Positions 19,315-28,460 of a stretch of DNA of 59,238 nt are shown piece after piece. Location of the stretch: IMG/VR virus record IMGVR_UViG_3300049925_000138, positions 1-59,238 of that record; one strand, written 5' to 3'. The notes under the pieces are model-generated. The model saw only the letters and a list, made by a program, of their open reading frames with translations, had not been told where the DNA came from and did no database searches. Position 1 is the first letter of the stretch; the number at the start of each line of letters is the position of its first letter. Position numbers and translations under genes: made by a program. The DNA is from a virus. Its lineage: Duplodnaviria > Caudoviricetes.

Positions 19315-20298
19315 ATGGATACTAATCAAGAAAAAATTGAACGCATCAAGCCCATTCTACTTGTAGATGGGCTTAATGTTTTTACAAGACATTTTTGCGC
19401 AAATCCTACAATGAGCTCAAACGGGCTTGCAGTGGGCGGAATTGTAGGATTTTTAAATGATCTTTCTAATAAAGTTGATATGATTGATCCTTATCGAGTT
19501 ATTGTTATATGGGAAGGTGGTGGCTCACCCCGCCGCCGGCAACTATTTTCAGAGTATAAATCAAAGCGCAAGCCTCAAAAATTGAATAGATACTATGAAG
19601 GCGATATTCCAGATACAATTGGTAATAGAAACTGGCAAATATCAACGCTTGTTCAAATTATGAAAAATTTGCCTATTCAACAATCATACATTACTGACTG
19701 TGAAGCTGACGATGTGATTGGTTATATTGCAAAATATAAATTCAATGATAGACCATGCGTCATTATGTCATCTGATAAAGATTACTATCAACTATTAAAT
19801 GACAGAGTCAAAATTTGGAGTCCAACATCTAAATCTTTTGTGAAAGAGTGTGATGTTATTGACAGGTTTGGTTGTAATGTTGCAAACTACATTACGGCAA
19901 GGTGCTTTGTGGGTGATCCGGCCGATGGCATTTCAGGTGCCGAAGGAGCTGGGTGGAAAACAATGGCAAAGCGCTTTCCCGAAATTGCTAGTGAAACTAA
20001 ACTAATGCCTGAAGACATCATTGCTCGTGCCCAAGAGTTGAAAGAAAGTTCAAAAATAAAGTTGTATGATAATATCATTCAATTTGCAGAGATGGCTCAG
20101 CTAAATTGGAAGCTTATGACTTTAGATATGAATATGATTTCAGGAACTCAAATAGGAAAAATTGAATCATCAATTGATATGTTCAAACCTGAGTCAAACA
20201 AACTTGAATTCATCAGGTCTTTAAACAAGGCGTCGATCATTAATTTCGATAGAGACAGCGTCTATGTTCAGCTAACGGCCGGACTAAAGAATATTTAG
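19315..20298 (+). CDS. 5'-3' exonuclease / flap endonuclease (PolI N-terminal / T4 RNase H-like)
   Basis: LLVDGLN, YKSKR, EADDVI, SSDKDYYQL, GDPADGISGAEGAGWKT. Confidence 0.9.
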   Translation: MDTNQEKIERIKPILLVDGLNVFTRHFCANPTMSSNGLAVGGIVGFLNDLSNKVDMIDPYRVIVIWEGGGSPRRRQLFSEYKSKRKPQKLNRYYEGDIPDTIGNRNWQISTLVQIMKNLPIQQSYITDCEADDVIGYIAKYKFNDRPCVIMSSDKDYYQLLNDRVKIWSPTSKSFVKECDVIDRFGCNVANYITARCFVGDPADGISGAEGAGWKTMAKRFPEIASETKLMPEDIIARAQELKESSKIKLYDNIIQFAEMAQLNWKLMTLDMNMISGTQIGKIESSIDMFKPESNKLEFIRSLNKASIINFDRDSVYVQLTAGLKNI

Positions 20299-20311
20299 TA
20301 AAAATATGAAA

Positions 20312-20340
20312 ATGCAAAACGACATACCGGCAGGTAAAAT
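20312..20340 (+). promoter_or_regulatory. Promoter of ATGCAA class upstream of helicase
   Basis: ATGCAA-N17-TAAAAT. Confidence 0.5.
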
Positions 20341-20378
20341 AAACTAGTTAGGTAATGGCATGCAAAAATGGAGTGTGC

Positions 20379-21770
20379 ATGAGTGAAGATGTGTCTGTTG
20401 CTCTTTTTAAATCGTACGGCAAGAAGTTTCAAGAGCAAATTTTCCAAGGTTTGCTGACTGATCACACATGGGCGACACAAATGGTCGAGGTGATGAGTCC
20501 AGCATACTTTGATCTCAAGTATTTGTCGTTTTTGACTGACAGATACTTTAAGCATTACAACAAATATAAAACTTTTCCAACAATGCAACTCTTGATCTCT
20601 ATTATCAAAGAGGATTTGCAACAAGGCCCTGATGCTATTCTAAAAGATCAAATCGTAGATTATTTGCATCGGGTGAGGGCCAATCCTGATCCTGGTGATC
20701 TTCCTTATGTGAAAGAAAAGTCTCTTGATTTTTGTCGACGCCAGGCTTTTCGTGAAGCCCTTGAAAAGGCTGTTGAGATGGTTGCAACCGATAAGTTTGA
20801 ATCGGTTGTCGATTTGATGAAGAAAGCTGTTTCAGTTGGTATGGAAAATACAACTGGTCATGACTTCTTTGAAGATGCTGAGGCTCGATTCGTTAAAATC
20901 AATCGTAATCCTTGTCCGACTGGACTGGAAGTTCTTGATGGAAAAGACATTTTGCGCGGCGGGCTTGGCCGAGGTGAGCTTGGCGTTGTTGTAGCTCCTA
21001 CTGGTGTTGGTAAGTCGCATTGGCTGACAGCAATGGGCGCTCATGCATTAAAAATGGGCAAGAATGTTGTCCATTATACATTTGAGCTCACTGAAACTGC
21101 CGTTGGGCTTCGTTATGATTCAAATCTTTGCTCGATTCCATCAAACGATGTTCCTGATATGAAGGATGATGTTTTAAAGACATACGAGACAATGGATCTT
21201 GGTCGTCTAATCATTAAAGAATATCCAACTGGAACAGCGACTGTTCAAACAATTAGAAATCATATTGAAAAGCTTGGTCTAAAAGGCTTCAAGCCTAATG
21301 TTGTAATCATTGACTACGCCGATATTATGCGTTCTTCTAGAACTTTTGATTCTCTTCGTCATGAATTGAAACTTGTTTATGAAGAGCTTCGTAATCTAGC
21401 TATGGAAATGAATTTGCCAATTTGGACTGCTTCTCAAGCAAACCGCGAAGCTTCTGGAGCCGAGGTCGTTGGACTTGAGAACATGAGCGAAGCCTATGGA
21501 AAGGCAATGGTTGCCGATGTTGTTGTTTCACTCTCTAGAAAGCCATCTGAAAAAGCTGATGGTTCGGGCCGACTTTTTGTAGCAAAAAATCGCGCAGGCA
21601 AAGATGGCATCTTATTTCCTATTCACATTGACACTTCTCAGTCTAAAATCACTATTCTAGATGAAAATAGTTTGACTCTGTCTGAAACAGTGTCAAATGA
21701 TAGACGCGACGAAAAGAAGCTCCTTCGAAAGAAGTGGCTGGAAGTTACAGGCAACAAAAAGGAAGAATAA
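20379..21770 (+). CDS. dnaB: Replicative DnaB-like helicase (gp41-like)
   Basis: GGLGRGELGVVVAPTGVGKS, TFEL, IIDYAD, WTASQANR, VAKNRAG; GGAG RBS before ATG 20379. Confidence 0.9.
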   Translation: MSEDVSVALFKSYGKKFQEQIFQGLLTDHTWATQMVEVMSPAYFDLKYLSFLTDRYFKHYNKYKTFPTMQLLISIIKEDLQQGPDAILKDQIVDYLHRVRANPDPGDLPYVKEKSLDFCRRQAFREALEKAVEMVATDKFESVVDLMKKAVSVGMENTTGHDFFEDAEARFVKINRNPCPTGLEVLDGKDILRGGLGRGELGVVVAPTGVGKSHWLTAMGAHALKMGKNVVHYTFELTETAVGLRYDSNLCSIPSNDVPDMKDDVLKTYETMDLGRLIIKEYPTGTATVQTIRNHIEKLGLKGFKPNVVIIDYADIMRSSRTFDSLRHELKLVYEELRNLAMEMNLPIWTASQANREASGAEVVGLENMSEAYGKAMVADVVVSLSRKPSEKADGSGRLFVAKNRAGKDGILFPIHIDTSQSKITILDENSLTLSETVSNDRRDEKKLLRKKWLEVTGNKKEE

Positions 21771-24259
21771 TGTCTTACAAGAAAAGCGAAGTTAAGAAGA
21801 TTGCACTTGAGTACTTTGACGGTGATGATCTTGCCCCTGATGTCTTTGCAAAGTATGCTTTGCAAAATCATGACGGAGATTATCTAGAGGCAAGCCCTGA
21901 TCAAATGCATCGCCGCTTGGCACGAGAGTTCAATCGCATTGAAATGAAGTATAAAAACCCACTAAGTGAAGATGAAATTTTTAATTTGCTAAGTCGGTTT
22001 GAAAATATTATCCCTCAAGGCTCTCCGATGTCTGGAATTGGGAATCCACTTCAGCTTCAATCTCTTTCAAATTGTTTTGTTATTGATCCTCCACATGATT
22101 CTTATTCGGGAATTCTTTTTACTGATCAAGAGCAAGTTCAAATTATGAAGCGTCGTGGTGGAGTTGGCCACGACATCACCAACATTCGCCCAAAGGGAAT
22201 GCCAACTTCTAATGCCGCCAAGACCACTGATGGAATTGGTGTCTTTATGGAAAGATTCTCTAATTCTACTCGTGAAGTTGCTCAAGGCGGCCGGCGTGGT
22301 GCATTGATGATGACAATCGACTGTCGTCATCCCGAGATTGAGACTTTCATTAACATTAAGCGTGACCTAAAGAAGGTTACCGGTGCAAACCTGTCAGTTC
22401 GATGGACTGATGAGTTTATGAAAGCTGTTAGAGATGGATCTGATTTTTGTCTTCACTGGCCTGTTGGATCAAGCAATCCCGAAATTAAAAATGTTGTTAA
22501 TGCTCGACAAGTTTGGGACAAGTTCATTGATGCAACTCATGCTTCGGCTGAGCCCGGCGCTCTATTTTGGGATACACTGATCAATAATAGCATTGCTGAT
22601 TGCTATAGTGATGTTGGTTATAAGACCATTTCTACAAATCCGTGCGGTGAGCTTCCTCTTCCTCCATATGATTCTTGTAGATTGATGGTTGTTAATCTTA
22701 CATCTTTTGTTTTGAATCCATTCACTGATAAATCAAAATTTGATTTTAATCGTTTTGGTGATGTTGTCCTGAAAGCTCAGCGGTTGATGGACGACTTGAT
22801 CGATTTAGAAATTGAAAGTGTTGATAATATTATTGCAAAGATTACAAACGATCCAGAGCCCCTGTCTGTTAGACGCGTTGAAATTGATCTTTGGCATAAG
22901 ATTAGAAATACTTGTTTAAATGGTCGTCGAACTGGTCTTGGCATCACTGGTCTTGGTGACGCTTTGGCAGCTCTTGGAATGAAATATGGTGCCAGCGACT
23001 CTATTGATATGACTGAAGCCATTTATCAGCATCTTGCGATGTGGTCACATATTTCATCTGTGAAAATGGCTGAGGAGCGCGGCGCATTTCCTGTCTTTGA
23101 CTGGAACAAAGAGAAAGATCATGTTTATTTGAATAAGATTATGGACGCCGCCGTAAATGTCTATCCTGACATCAAAAATATGTGGAAGACAACGGGTCGT
23201 AGAAATATTGCAAATACAACTACCGCTCCTGTGGGATCTGTTTCTTGTCTTACTCGTACAACCTCTGGCATTGAGCCTGCATTCCTTTTGTCTTATAAGC
23301 GTCGCCGTAAGATTACACAAGGTGATTTAGAATCTCGTGTTGATTTTGTTGATGCTATGGGAGATAAGTGGCAGGAATACATTGTCTATCATCACTGGTT
23401 TAAGAAATGGATGGAAGTTTCTGGTAAAACCAATGTAGAAGAGAGTCCATATTGGCAAGCAACAGCCAATGATATTAACTGGGAAGATTCTGTCAAGATT
23501 CAGGCCGCCGCTCAGCGTTGGGTTGATCACTCTATTTCTAAGACTTGTAATCTACCAAATAGCGCCTCAAAAGAGCTTGTTCATGAAATTTATATGAAGG
23601 CTTGGTCTCTTGGTTGCAAGGGATTCACAATTTATCGTGATGGTTGTCGTGACGGCGTTCTTGTTAATGATGTTCCCGCTCCCGAAATGAAGAAAGACGA
23701 AGAGACAAGATCTTCTCCTAAGAGACCGAAGTCTCTTCCTTGTGATATTCATCGTGCAAGTATTAGAAATGGTAATGTGACTGAATCTTGGCTTGTTTTG
23801 GTTGGTCTTAATGATGGAAAGCCATATGAGGTATTTTGCGGAATGCCTGAGTTAATTGAGTTTCCAAAGAAGTACAAGTCTGGATCTATCACAAAGAATG
23901 GCAAGCGTAATGGAGTCACAACTTATAATTTGCTTGTTCCTGTAGGCGACGGTGAAAATCTTGTTTTCAAAGACATCACCGATTTGTTCAACAACCCAAC
24001 AGAAGGCGCATTCACTAGAACAATTTCGCTCGCTCTACGGCATGATGTGCCATTGCATTATGTGGTCGAACAGTTGCAAAAAGATAAAAATAGCGATATA
24101 TTTTCATATGCCCGGGTTATTTCACGGGTATTAAAAGGGTACATCAAGGATGGGACCAAAACGACTGGGAATAAATGTACAAACTGCGGCAGTGGGGACC
24201 TTGTCTACCAAGAAGGTTGTCTCTCATGCAAGAGCTGCGGTCACGCTAAGTGCGGATAA
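21770..24259 (+). CDS. nrdJ: Class II (adenosylcobalamin-dependent) ribonucleotide reductase
   Basis: SLSNC, RRGGVG, QGGRRGALM, TNPCGE, RRTGLG.TGL, AP.GS.S, TSGIEP, SISKT.N, C-terminal CxxC..CxxC ribbon; no beta subunit adjacent; TAATG coupling. Confidence 0.9.
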   Translation: MSYKKSEVKKIALEYFDGDDLAPDVFAKYALQNHDGDYLEASPDQMHRRLAREFNRIEMKYKNPLSEDEIFNLLSRFENIIPQGSPMSGIGNPLQLQSLSNCFVIDPPHDSYSGILFTDQEQVQIMKRRGGVGHDITNIRPKGMPTSNAAKTTDGIGVFMERFSNSTREVAQGGRRGALMMTIDCRHPEIETFINIKRDLKKVTGANLSVRWTDEFMKAVRDGSDFCLHWPVGSSNPEIKNVVNARQVWDKFIDATHASAEPGALFWDTLINNSIADCYSDVGYKTISTNPCGELPLPPYDSCRLMVVNLTSFVLNPFTDKSKFDFNRFGDVVLKAQRLMDDLIDLEIESVDNIIAKITNDPEPLSVRRVEIDLWHKIRNTCLNGRRTGLGITGLGDALAALGMKYGASDSIDMTEAIYQHLAMWSHISSVKMAEERGAFPVFDWNKEKDHVYLNKIMDAAVNVYPDIKNMWKTTGRRNIANTTTAPVGSVSCLTRTTSGIEPAFLLSYKRRRKITQGDLESRVDFVDAMGDKWQEYIVYHHWFKKWMEVSGKTNVEESPYWQATANDINWEDSVKIQAAAQRWVDHSISKTCNLPNSASKELVHEIYMKAWSLGCKGFTIYRDGCRDGVLVNDVPAPEMKKDEETRSSPKRPKSLPCDIHRASIRNGNVTESWLVLVGLNDGKPYEVFCGMPELIEFPKKYKSGSITKNGKRNGVTTYNLLVPVGDGENLVFKDITDLFNNPTEGAFTRTISLALRHDVPLHYVVEQLQKDKNSDIFSYARVISRVLKGYIKDGTKTTGNKCTNCGSGDLVYQEGCLSCKSCGHAKCG

Positions 24260-24329
24260 CAGCAATCCTAGAAATAATTCTAAGGTTGCTGAAGAGCTAG
24301 AAATCAACTTTGACACAACGGAGTATGCA

Positions 24330-24932
24330 GTGAATTTTATTGCTGAAGTTTCTAATCATATCAAGTCGATTGAGCTGAAGGTTGATCCAATCATCATTCG
24401 CGTGAATGAATTTACTGAAGAGTCTGCTAAGGAGTTTACTGACGCAATGAGCCGGGCCCAGAACACCGGCCAGGGTGTCATTCCTATTGTTATTGATAGT
24501 TATGGTGGCCAGGTTTATTCTCTTATGGCTATGATTGGTGCAATCAAGGCTTCTCGTCTTCCTGTTGCAACGATTGTTGAAGGTAAGGCAATGAGTTGTG
24601 GTGCCATTCTCTTCAGCTTTGGTGCTAAGGGAATGCGGTACATGGATCCTGACGCTACTCTTATGATTCATGATGTTTCTTCTTCGGCTTATGGAAAGGT
24701 CGATGAGTTGAAGGTTAGTGTTCGTGAAGCCGAGCGCCTGAATGAAAAGGTGTATAAGATGATGGCGCGCAATTGTGATAAGGATGAAAATTATTTTCTT
24801 GAGCTTGTTCATCAAAAGGGTCATGCTGATTGGTTTCTTGATGCTAACGAGTGTGTGACTCATAATCTTGCAAATCATTTGAAGATTCCAACTCTTACTT
24901 GTAAGGTTGATCTGAACTTTAAGCTGGAGTAA
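24330..24932 (+). CDS. clpP: ClpP-like protease subunit
   Basis: IDSYGGQV, GKAMSCG (catalytic Ser), LMIHD (His), DWFLDA.E; GGAG RBS before GTG 24330. Confidence 0.85.
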   Translation: MNFIAEVSNHIKSIELKVDPIIIRVNEFTEESAKEFTDAMSRAQNTGQGVIPIVIDSYGGQVYSLMAMIGAIKASRLPVATIVEGKAMSCGAILFSFGAKGMRYMDPDATLMIHDVSSSAYGKVDELKVSVREAERLNEKVYKMMARNCDKDENYFLELVHQKGHADWFLDANECVTHNLANHLKIPTLTCKVDLNFKLE

Positions 24933-24934
24933 AA

Positions 24935-25126
24935 TTGTCTAATAGAGCTATGAAACTTGTAATATGGAGAATGATTTCAATTATTACAAGTATCATGCTG
25001 AATGGATTGATTACCGGGAGCTGGAATATGGCTCTCGGTATTGTTATTTTCAATAGTGTTATTTTGACATTTGGACAAGCAATTTTTGAATCACAGTGGG
25101 AGAAGCGGTTTGGAACAAGAAATTAG
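24935..25126 (+). CDS. Small membrane protein (DUF2061-like)
   Basis: K..IWR.IS....., ITGSW..A, two hydrophobic helices, FE..W. Confidence 0.55.
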   Translation: MSNRAMKLVIWRMISIITSIMLNGLITGSWNMALGIVIFNSVILTFGQAIFESQWEKRFGTRN

Positions 25127-25766
25127 TCATTCAAATAAAGTTGAGCTTGTAGGATGGTATGGATCTGATGAAATTCATGCGCTCTCTGCTTGGACATCTA
25201 CTTCAAGAGATCTTGATGAAGAGAAGCGCGGTCGTATCCCACAGCTCTTGAAGATGCTTGCTGAACAAGGTCATCACACTCCTTTTGAAAAGAGTTCTCT
25301 CCATTTTCTTGTGACTGTAGATTGCGCTACACATATTCACCTTTTGAAGCACCGAATTGGTGTGTCAATCAATGGTGAGTCTGCTCGATATAAAGAATTG
25401 AAAGACGACAAGTTTTATGTTCCACGCGACTGGCCACTTGATGAGCAAGAGTCTTACATTACTTTTATGGAAGACGCAATTAAGAAATATCATGAATGTT
25501 TAGAGCGACTTGTTAAAGGAGGGATGAAGCGCAAGAGAGCTAAAGAAACTGCAAGATTTTATCTTCCTTATGGAAATCAAATCACAATGGATGTGATGTT
25601 TAATTGGCGCTCTTTTAGCCATTTTCTTGGTTTGAGGATGAAACCAGAAGCTCAGCTTGAGATTAGTAATCTTGCTGAAGAGATGTTAAGGCAAGTTGCA
25701 AAAATTGAAAATAAGCCATTTAAGCATACAATTCGAGCTTTTGGTTTAAATAATACACTGTACTAA
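25110..25766 (+). CDS. thyX: FAD-dependent thymidylate synthase
   Basis: GHHTPFE, HLLKHR..SINGESARY (RHRxxSxxxxSxR variant), AKETARFYLP, LRMKPEAQLEI; likely TTG start at 25110. Confidence 0.9.
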   Translation: MEQEISHSNKVELVGWYGSDEIHALSAWTSTSRDLDEEKRGRIPQLLKMLAEQGHHTPFEKSSLHFLVTVDCATHIHLLKHRIGVSINGESARYKELKDDKFYVPRDWPLDEQESYITFMEDAIKKYHECLERLVKGGMKRKRAKETARFYLPYGNQITMDVMFNWRSFSHFLGLRMKPEAQLEISNLAEEMLRQVAKIENKPFKHTIRAFGLNNTLY

Positions 25767-25793
25767 TCCTAATTAGGGTAGGAGATATCAACA

Positions 25794-26171
25794 GTGAGTA
25801 TCAATTACCCTATTGCACATGAAAATTATGTGCCTGCATATCAAACATCAGCTACACCGTTTGTCACAGCTTCATCTGTGACAACAACATCTCAAGTAGC
25901 ATTCCCATATGTCACAAAGTTCTTCACTATTCAAAATAGAAGTTCTCTTGAGCTCAGAGCAGGATTTACACTGTTGGGTGTTCAAGGAACAAATTATTTT
26001 GTAATCCCATCGGGTAGTCAAGTTAGTGGTGAATTTAAAGTAATAGATTTGTTTTTATCATCATCAACTGGTAATCAAATAGATTATGTTGTGCTTGCAG
26101 GTCTAACAGGAATTAAAGGTTCACAATTTACTACTCCAACAGGCTCCAATGGGTTTGGAGGTGTTGGATGA
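25794..26171 (+). CDS. Small beta-rich virion structural protein (putative)
   Basis: AGGAG RBS and CTAATTA motif; VPAYQTSATPFVT.S, FPYVTKF; Ser/Thr/Gly-rich. Confidence 0.5.
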   Translation: MSINYPIAHENYVPAYQTSATPFVTASSVTTTSQVAFPYVTKFFTIQNRSSLELRAGFTLLGVQGTNYFVIPSGSQVSGEFKVIDLFLSSSTGNQIDYVVLAGLTGIKGSQFTTPTGSNGFGGVG

Positions 26172-26947
26172 AAATTTCTGAAGCAAAATTAAGAAATTTA
26201 ATTAGAAATATCCTTACTGAAATTTCTGATGTAAATCAAGCACCATTAACTCCTCTTCCTCAAGACACAATTAACGCCATTTTAAATTGGTCAAAAGAAA
26301 AAGTCAAAGAAAAAATTGATGACAAAGTTAAAGGATTTATACCAGATCAAGCAGCTTCCGCTGCTCTTTCTTCATTTGGTGTAAACTCAATGGGTAAATG
26401 GACGGCAGCTAAAACAGCTTATACTGCAGCCGGTGCGGCTGGTGGTGTAACAACACTTTCCGGAGCTGGAGCGGCAGCCACTGTTCTTTTGCCCGAAATA
26501 TTGATTGCAATAACATCAAGAGAATTGGCAAAAGCATTTTATGAAGGCTATCAAGCGATAACAGCACAAATGGAGGCTGCTGACCCTAGAACAAAAACTG
26601 CGTTTAAAACAGCAATTGGACAAATTTTTGCTGCTGGAGTTCAAGCAGGTAAACAATCAAAGTGGTGGAATGATGAACAATCAAAAATTGCATTTGCAGC
26701 ATACCAAAAATTTATTAATTTACAACAAATGAATAAGCAAGAAATTGCAGCAATCGCACTTGTTGATTCACATGTAAATGACACTATTTTTAGTAATGCC
26801 TTTAATAAAGCAAGAAGTGCTGAGTATGTTAATCTAACACAACTTGAAGTATTAATTGCGCAATATAGAACAATGATTAAAAATAATCAATTTCACATTA
26901 TGCAACAAGCCAGTAGTTTAATGCAAAATGCAAAAAAACAAACTTAA
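26168..26947 (+). CDS. Hypothetical protein with putative head-targeting leader
   Basis: MKISEAKLRNLIRNILTE N-terminus; Ala/Gly hydrophobic stretch. Confidence 0.55.
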   Translation: MKISEAKLRNLIRNILTEISDVNQAPLTPLPQDTINAILNWSKEKVKEKIDDKVKGFIPDQAASAALSSFGVNSMGKWTAAKTAYTAAGAAGGVTTLSGAGAAATVLLPEILIAITSRELAKAFYEGYQAITAQMEAADPRTKTAFKTAIGQIFAAGVQAGKQSKWWNDEQSKIAFAAYQKFINLQQMNKQEIAAIALVDSHVNDTIFSNAFNKARSAEYVNLTQLEVLIAQYRTMIKNNQFHIMQQASSLMQNAKKQT

Positions 26948-26965
26948 CATTATTTGAGGTGTGCT

Positions 26966-27769
26966 ATACCTGAAGGCGCAGAGTGTAGAGTCGTTGCAGA
27001 AAGTCTTGCTCGTGTATTGACCAATAAGTCAATTGAAAATATTGAGATTTTATCTGGTCGTTATAGCAAAAAGCCGTTTGATGGCTTTCAACAACTTGTT
27101 GCAAGTTTGCCTAAACGAGTTGTTGGTGCCGGCTGTCACGGAAAGTTTATTTATATTCTTCTTGATGGCGGCGATTCATCAATTTGGAATACACTTGGTA
27201 TGACGGGTGGATGGACAAATTCAATTACGCGACACACCAGGGTGGTTCTGACCCTCACTGGAGGTGAAAAGGTATATTATAATGACATTAGAAACTTTGG
27301 TACTCTAAAGTGGTCAGAGGGTCGTAAGGCCCTTGCAAAGAAATTGAAATCTTTAGGGCCGGATATGTTGGCAACTGATGTTTCTGATGATGATTTTCAA
27401 AATGCTTTGCTTGCATATCCAAAATTAACACTTGCTGAATCAATTATGGATCAAGGAATCATTTCAGGTGTCGGAAATTATGTAAAAGCTGAATCTTTGT
27501 GGAGAGCGTCATTGTCTCCTCATAGAATTGTTGATTCACTTTGTTTAGAAGAGTTTCAACTTTTGAATAGCAGCATTAAAGATGTTCTTCGTGAATCATT
27601 TGCATCACAAGGAGCCACGATCAAATCATATAAAAACTTCAACAATGAAGTTGGTAAGTTTGAAATGAAATGTTATGGCAGGGCGAATGATGCAAATGGT
27701 GAAATTGTAAAGAAAGAAGATACAAAAGACGGAAGAGCTACTTGGTGGGTTCCTACCCGACAGGTATAA
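26966..27769 (+). CDS. Fpg/Nei family DNA glycosylase/AP lyase (Nei-like, zincless finger), probable ATA start
   Basis: (M)PEGAE N-terminus, HGKFI, LGMTG.W, YNDIRNFG, LGPD, H2TH MDQ..ISGVGNY.KAE.LW; C-terminal GRATWWVP..Q lacking Cys ligands. Confidence 0.9.
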   Translation: MPEGAECRVVAESLARVLTNKSIENIEILSGRYSKKPFDGFQQLVASLPKRVVGAGCHGKFIYILLDGGDSSIWNTLGMTGGWTNSITRHTRVVLTLTGGEKVYYNDIRNFGTLKWSEGRKALAKKLKSLGPDMLATDVSDDDFQNALLAYPKLTLAESIMDQGIISGVGNYVKAESLWRASLSPHRIVDSLCLEEFQLLNSSIKDVLRESFASQGATIKSYKNFNNEVGKFEMKCYGRANDANGEIVKKEDTKDGRATWWVPTRQV

Positions 27770-27809
27770 AAAGACTAACAAACACATATAATCACAAAAG
27801 GAGAAACAA

Positions 27810-28040
27810 ATGAAGTTAAAGCTATCTGATCAAGTAATTGCACGCATGGTTGATCTACTGCAGATTGCCATTTTGACTGGCACTGACATTGTTGATAATT
27901 TTAGAACTCTTACTCTTGTTCCTGAGGATGGGTTATTGATTATTCACCCTGATGATAATGCTGCTTTTGTTGAAGCTGTTAATAATCTTGCTGCAAAAGC
28001 TGCATCTCTTGAAAAGAGTGATTCGTATGAGCTTACCTGA
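27810..28040 (+). CDS. Hypothetical protein
   Basis: AAGGAG RBS; KLSDQVIA..V.LLQ.AILTGTDIVDNFR. Confidence 0.6.
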   Translation: MKLKLSDQVIARMVDLLQIAILTGTDIVDNFRTLTLVPEDGLLIIHPDDNAAFVEAVNNLAAKAASLEKSDSYELT

Positions 28041-28404
28041 TAAGTTAGACGATATGTTCACACTCCGTAAGGAGTTTATGGACATGCTGAATGAGAAAAT
28101 GGATGCATATCCTCCACTTCCTCTTGATCTAACTAACAAAAAGTCTCAAATTCTTCTTCGTGACATCACCTTAAAAGGTGTAGAAGAAATATTTGAAGCT
28201 CTTCAAGAATTAAAAAATGTAAAATCACATCGCCAAACTGATATTCCTCATTTTGATCGCGATGCTTTTCTTGAAGAAAATGTAGATGCTCTCAATTTTT
28301 TCTTCACAAGTTTAAGACTTGTAGGTGTCACCTCTGAAGAGCTTTATGATGCGTATGTAAAAAAGCATCAAAAGATTTGTCAGCGTTTGAATGATGGATA
28401 TTGA
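28027..28404 (+). CDS. All-alpha NTP pyrophosphatase (MazG/dimeric dUTPase/dCTPase-like)
   Basis: EEIFE (ExxE), K.HR, LEENVD (EExxD), ELYDAYVKK...QRLNDGY. Confidence 0.8.
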   Translation: MSLPDKLDDMFTLRKEFMDMLNEKMDAYPPLPLDLTNKKSQILLRDITLKGVEEIFEALQELKNVKSHRQTDIPHFDRDAFLEENVDALNFFFTSLRLVGVTSEELYDAYVKKHQKICQRLNDGY

Positions 28405-28453
28405 CATCAACTATGTCGTAAAGTGATAATAAATTAGCTTTACGACATATTTA
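28401..28453 (+). promoter_or_regulatory. Promoter overlapped by a 12-bp inverted repeat
   Basis: TTGACA(28401)-N18-GATAAT; TATGTCGTAAAG(28412-28423)/CTTTACGACATA(28438-28449); ATATTTA at 28447. Confidence 0.55.
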
Positions 28454-28460
28454 TGTCATA

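Noticed and set aside
21770-24259. Inteins in RNR (also checked RecA, DnaB, DnaE)
   Set aside because: Lengths are normal and no C...HN/C splice motifs or LAGLIDADG blocks were seen.
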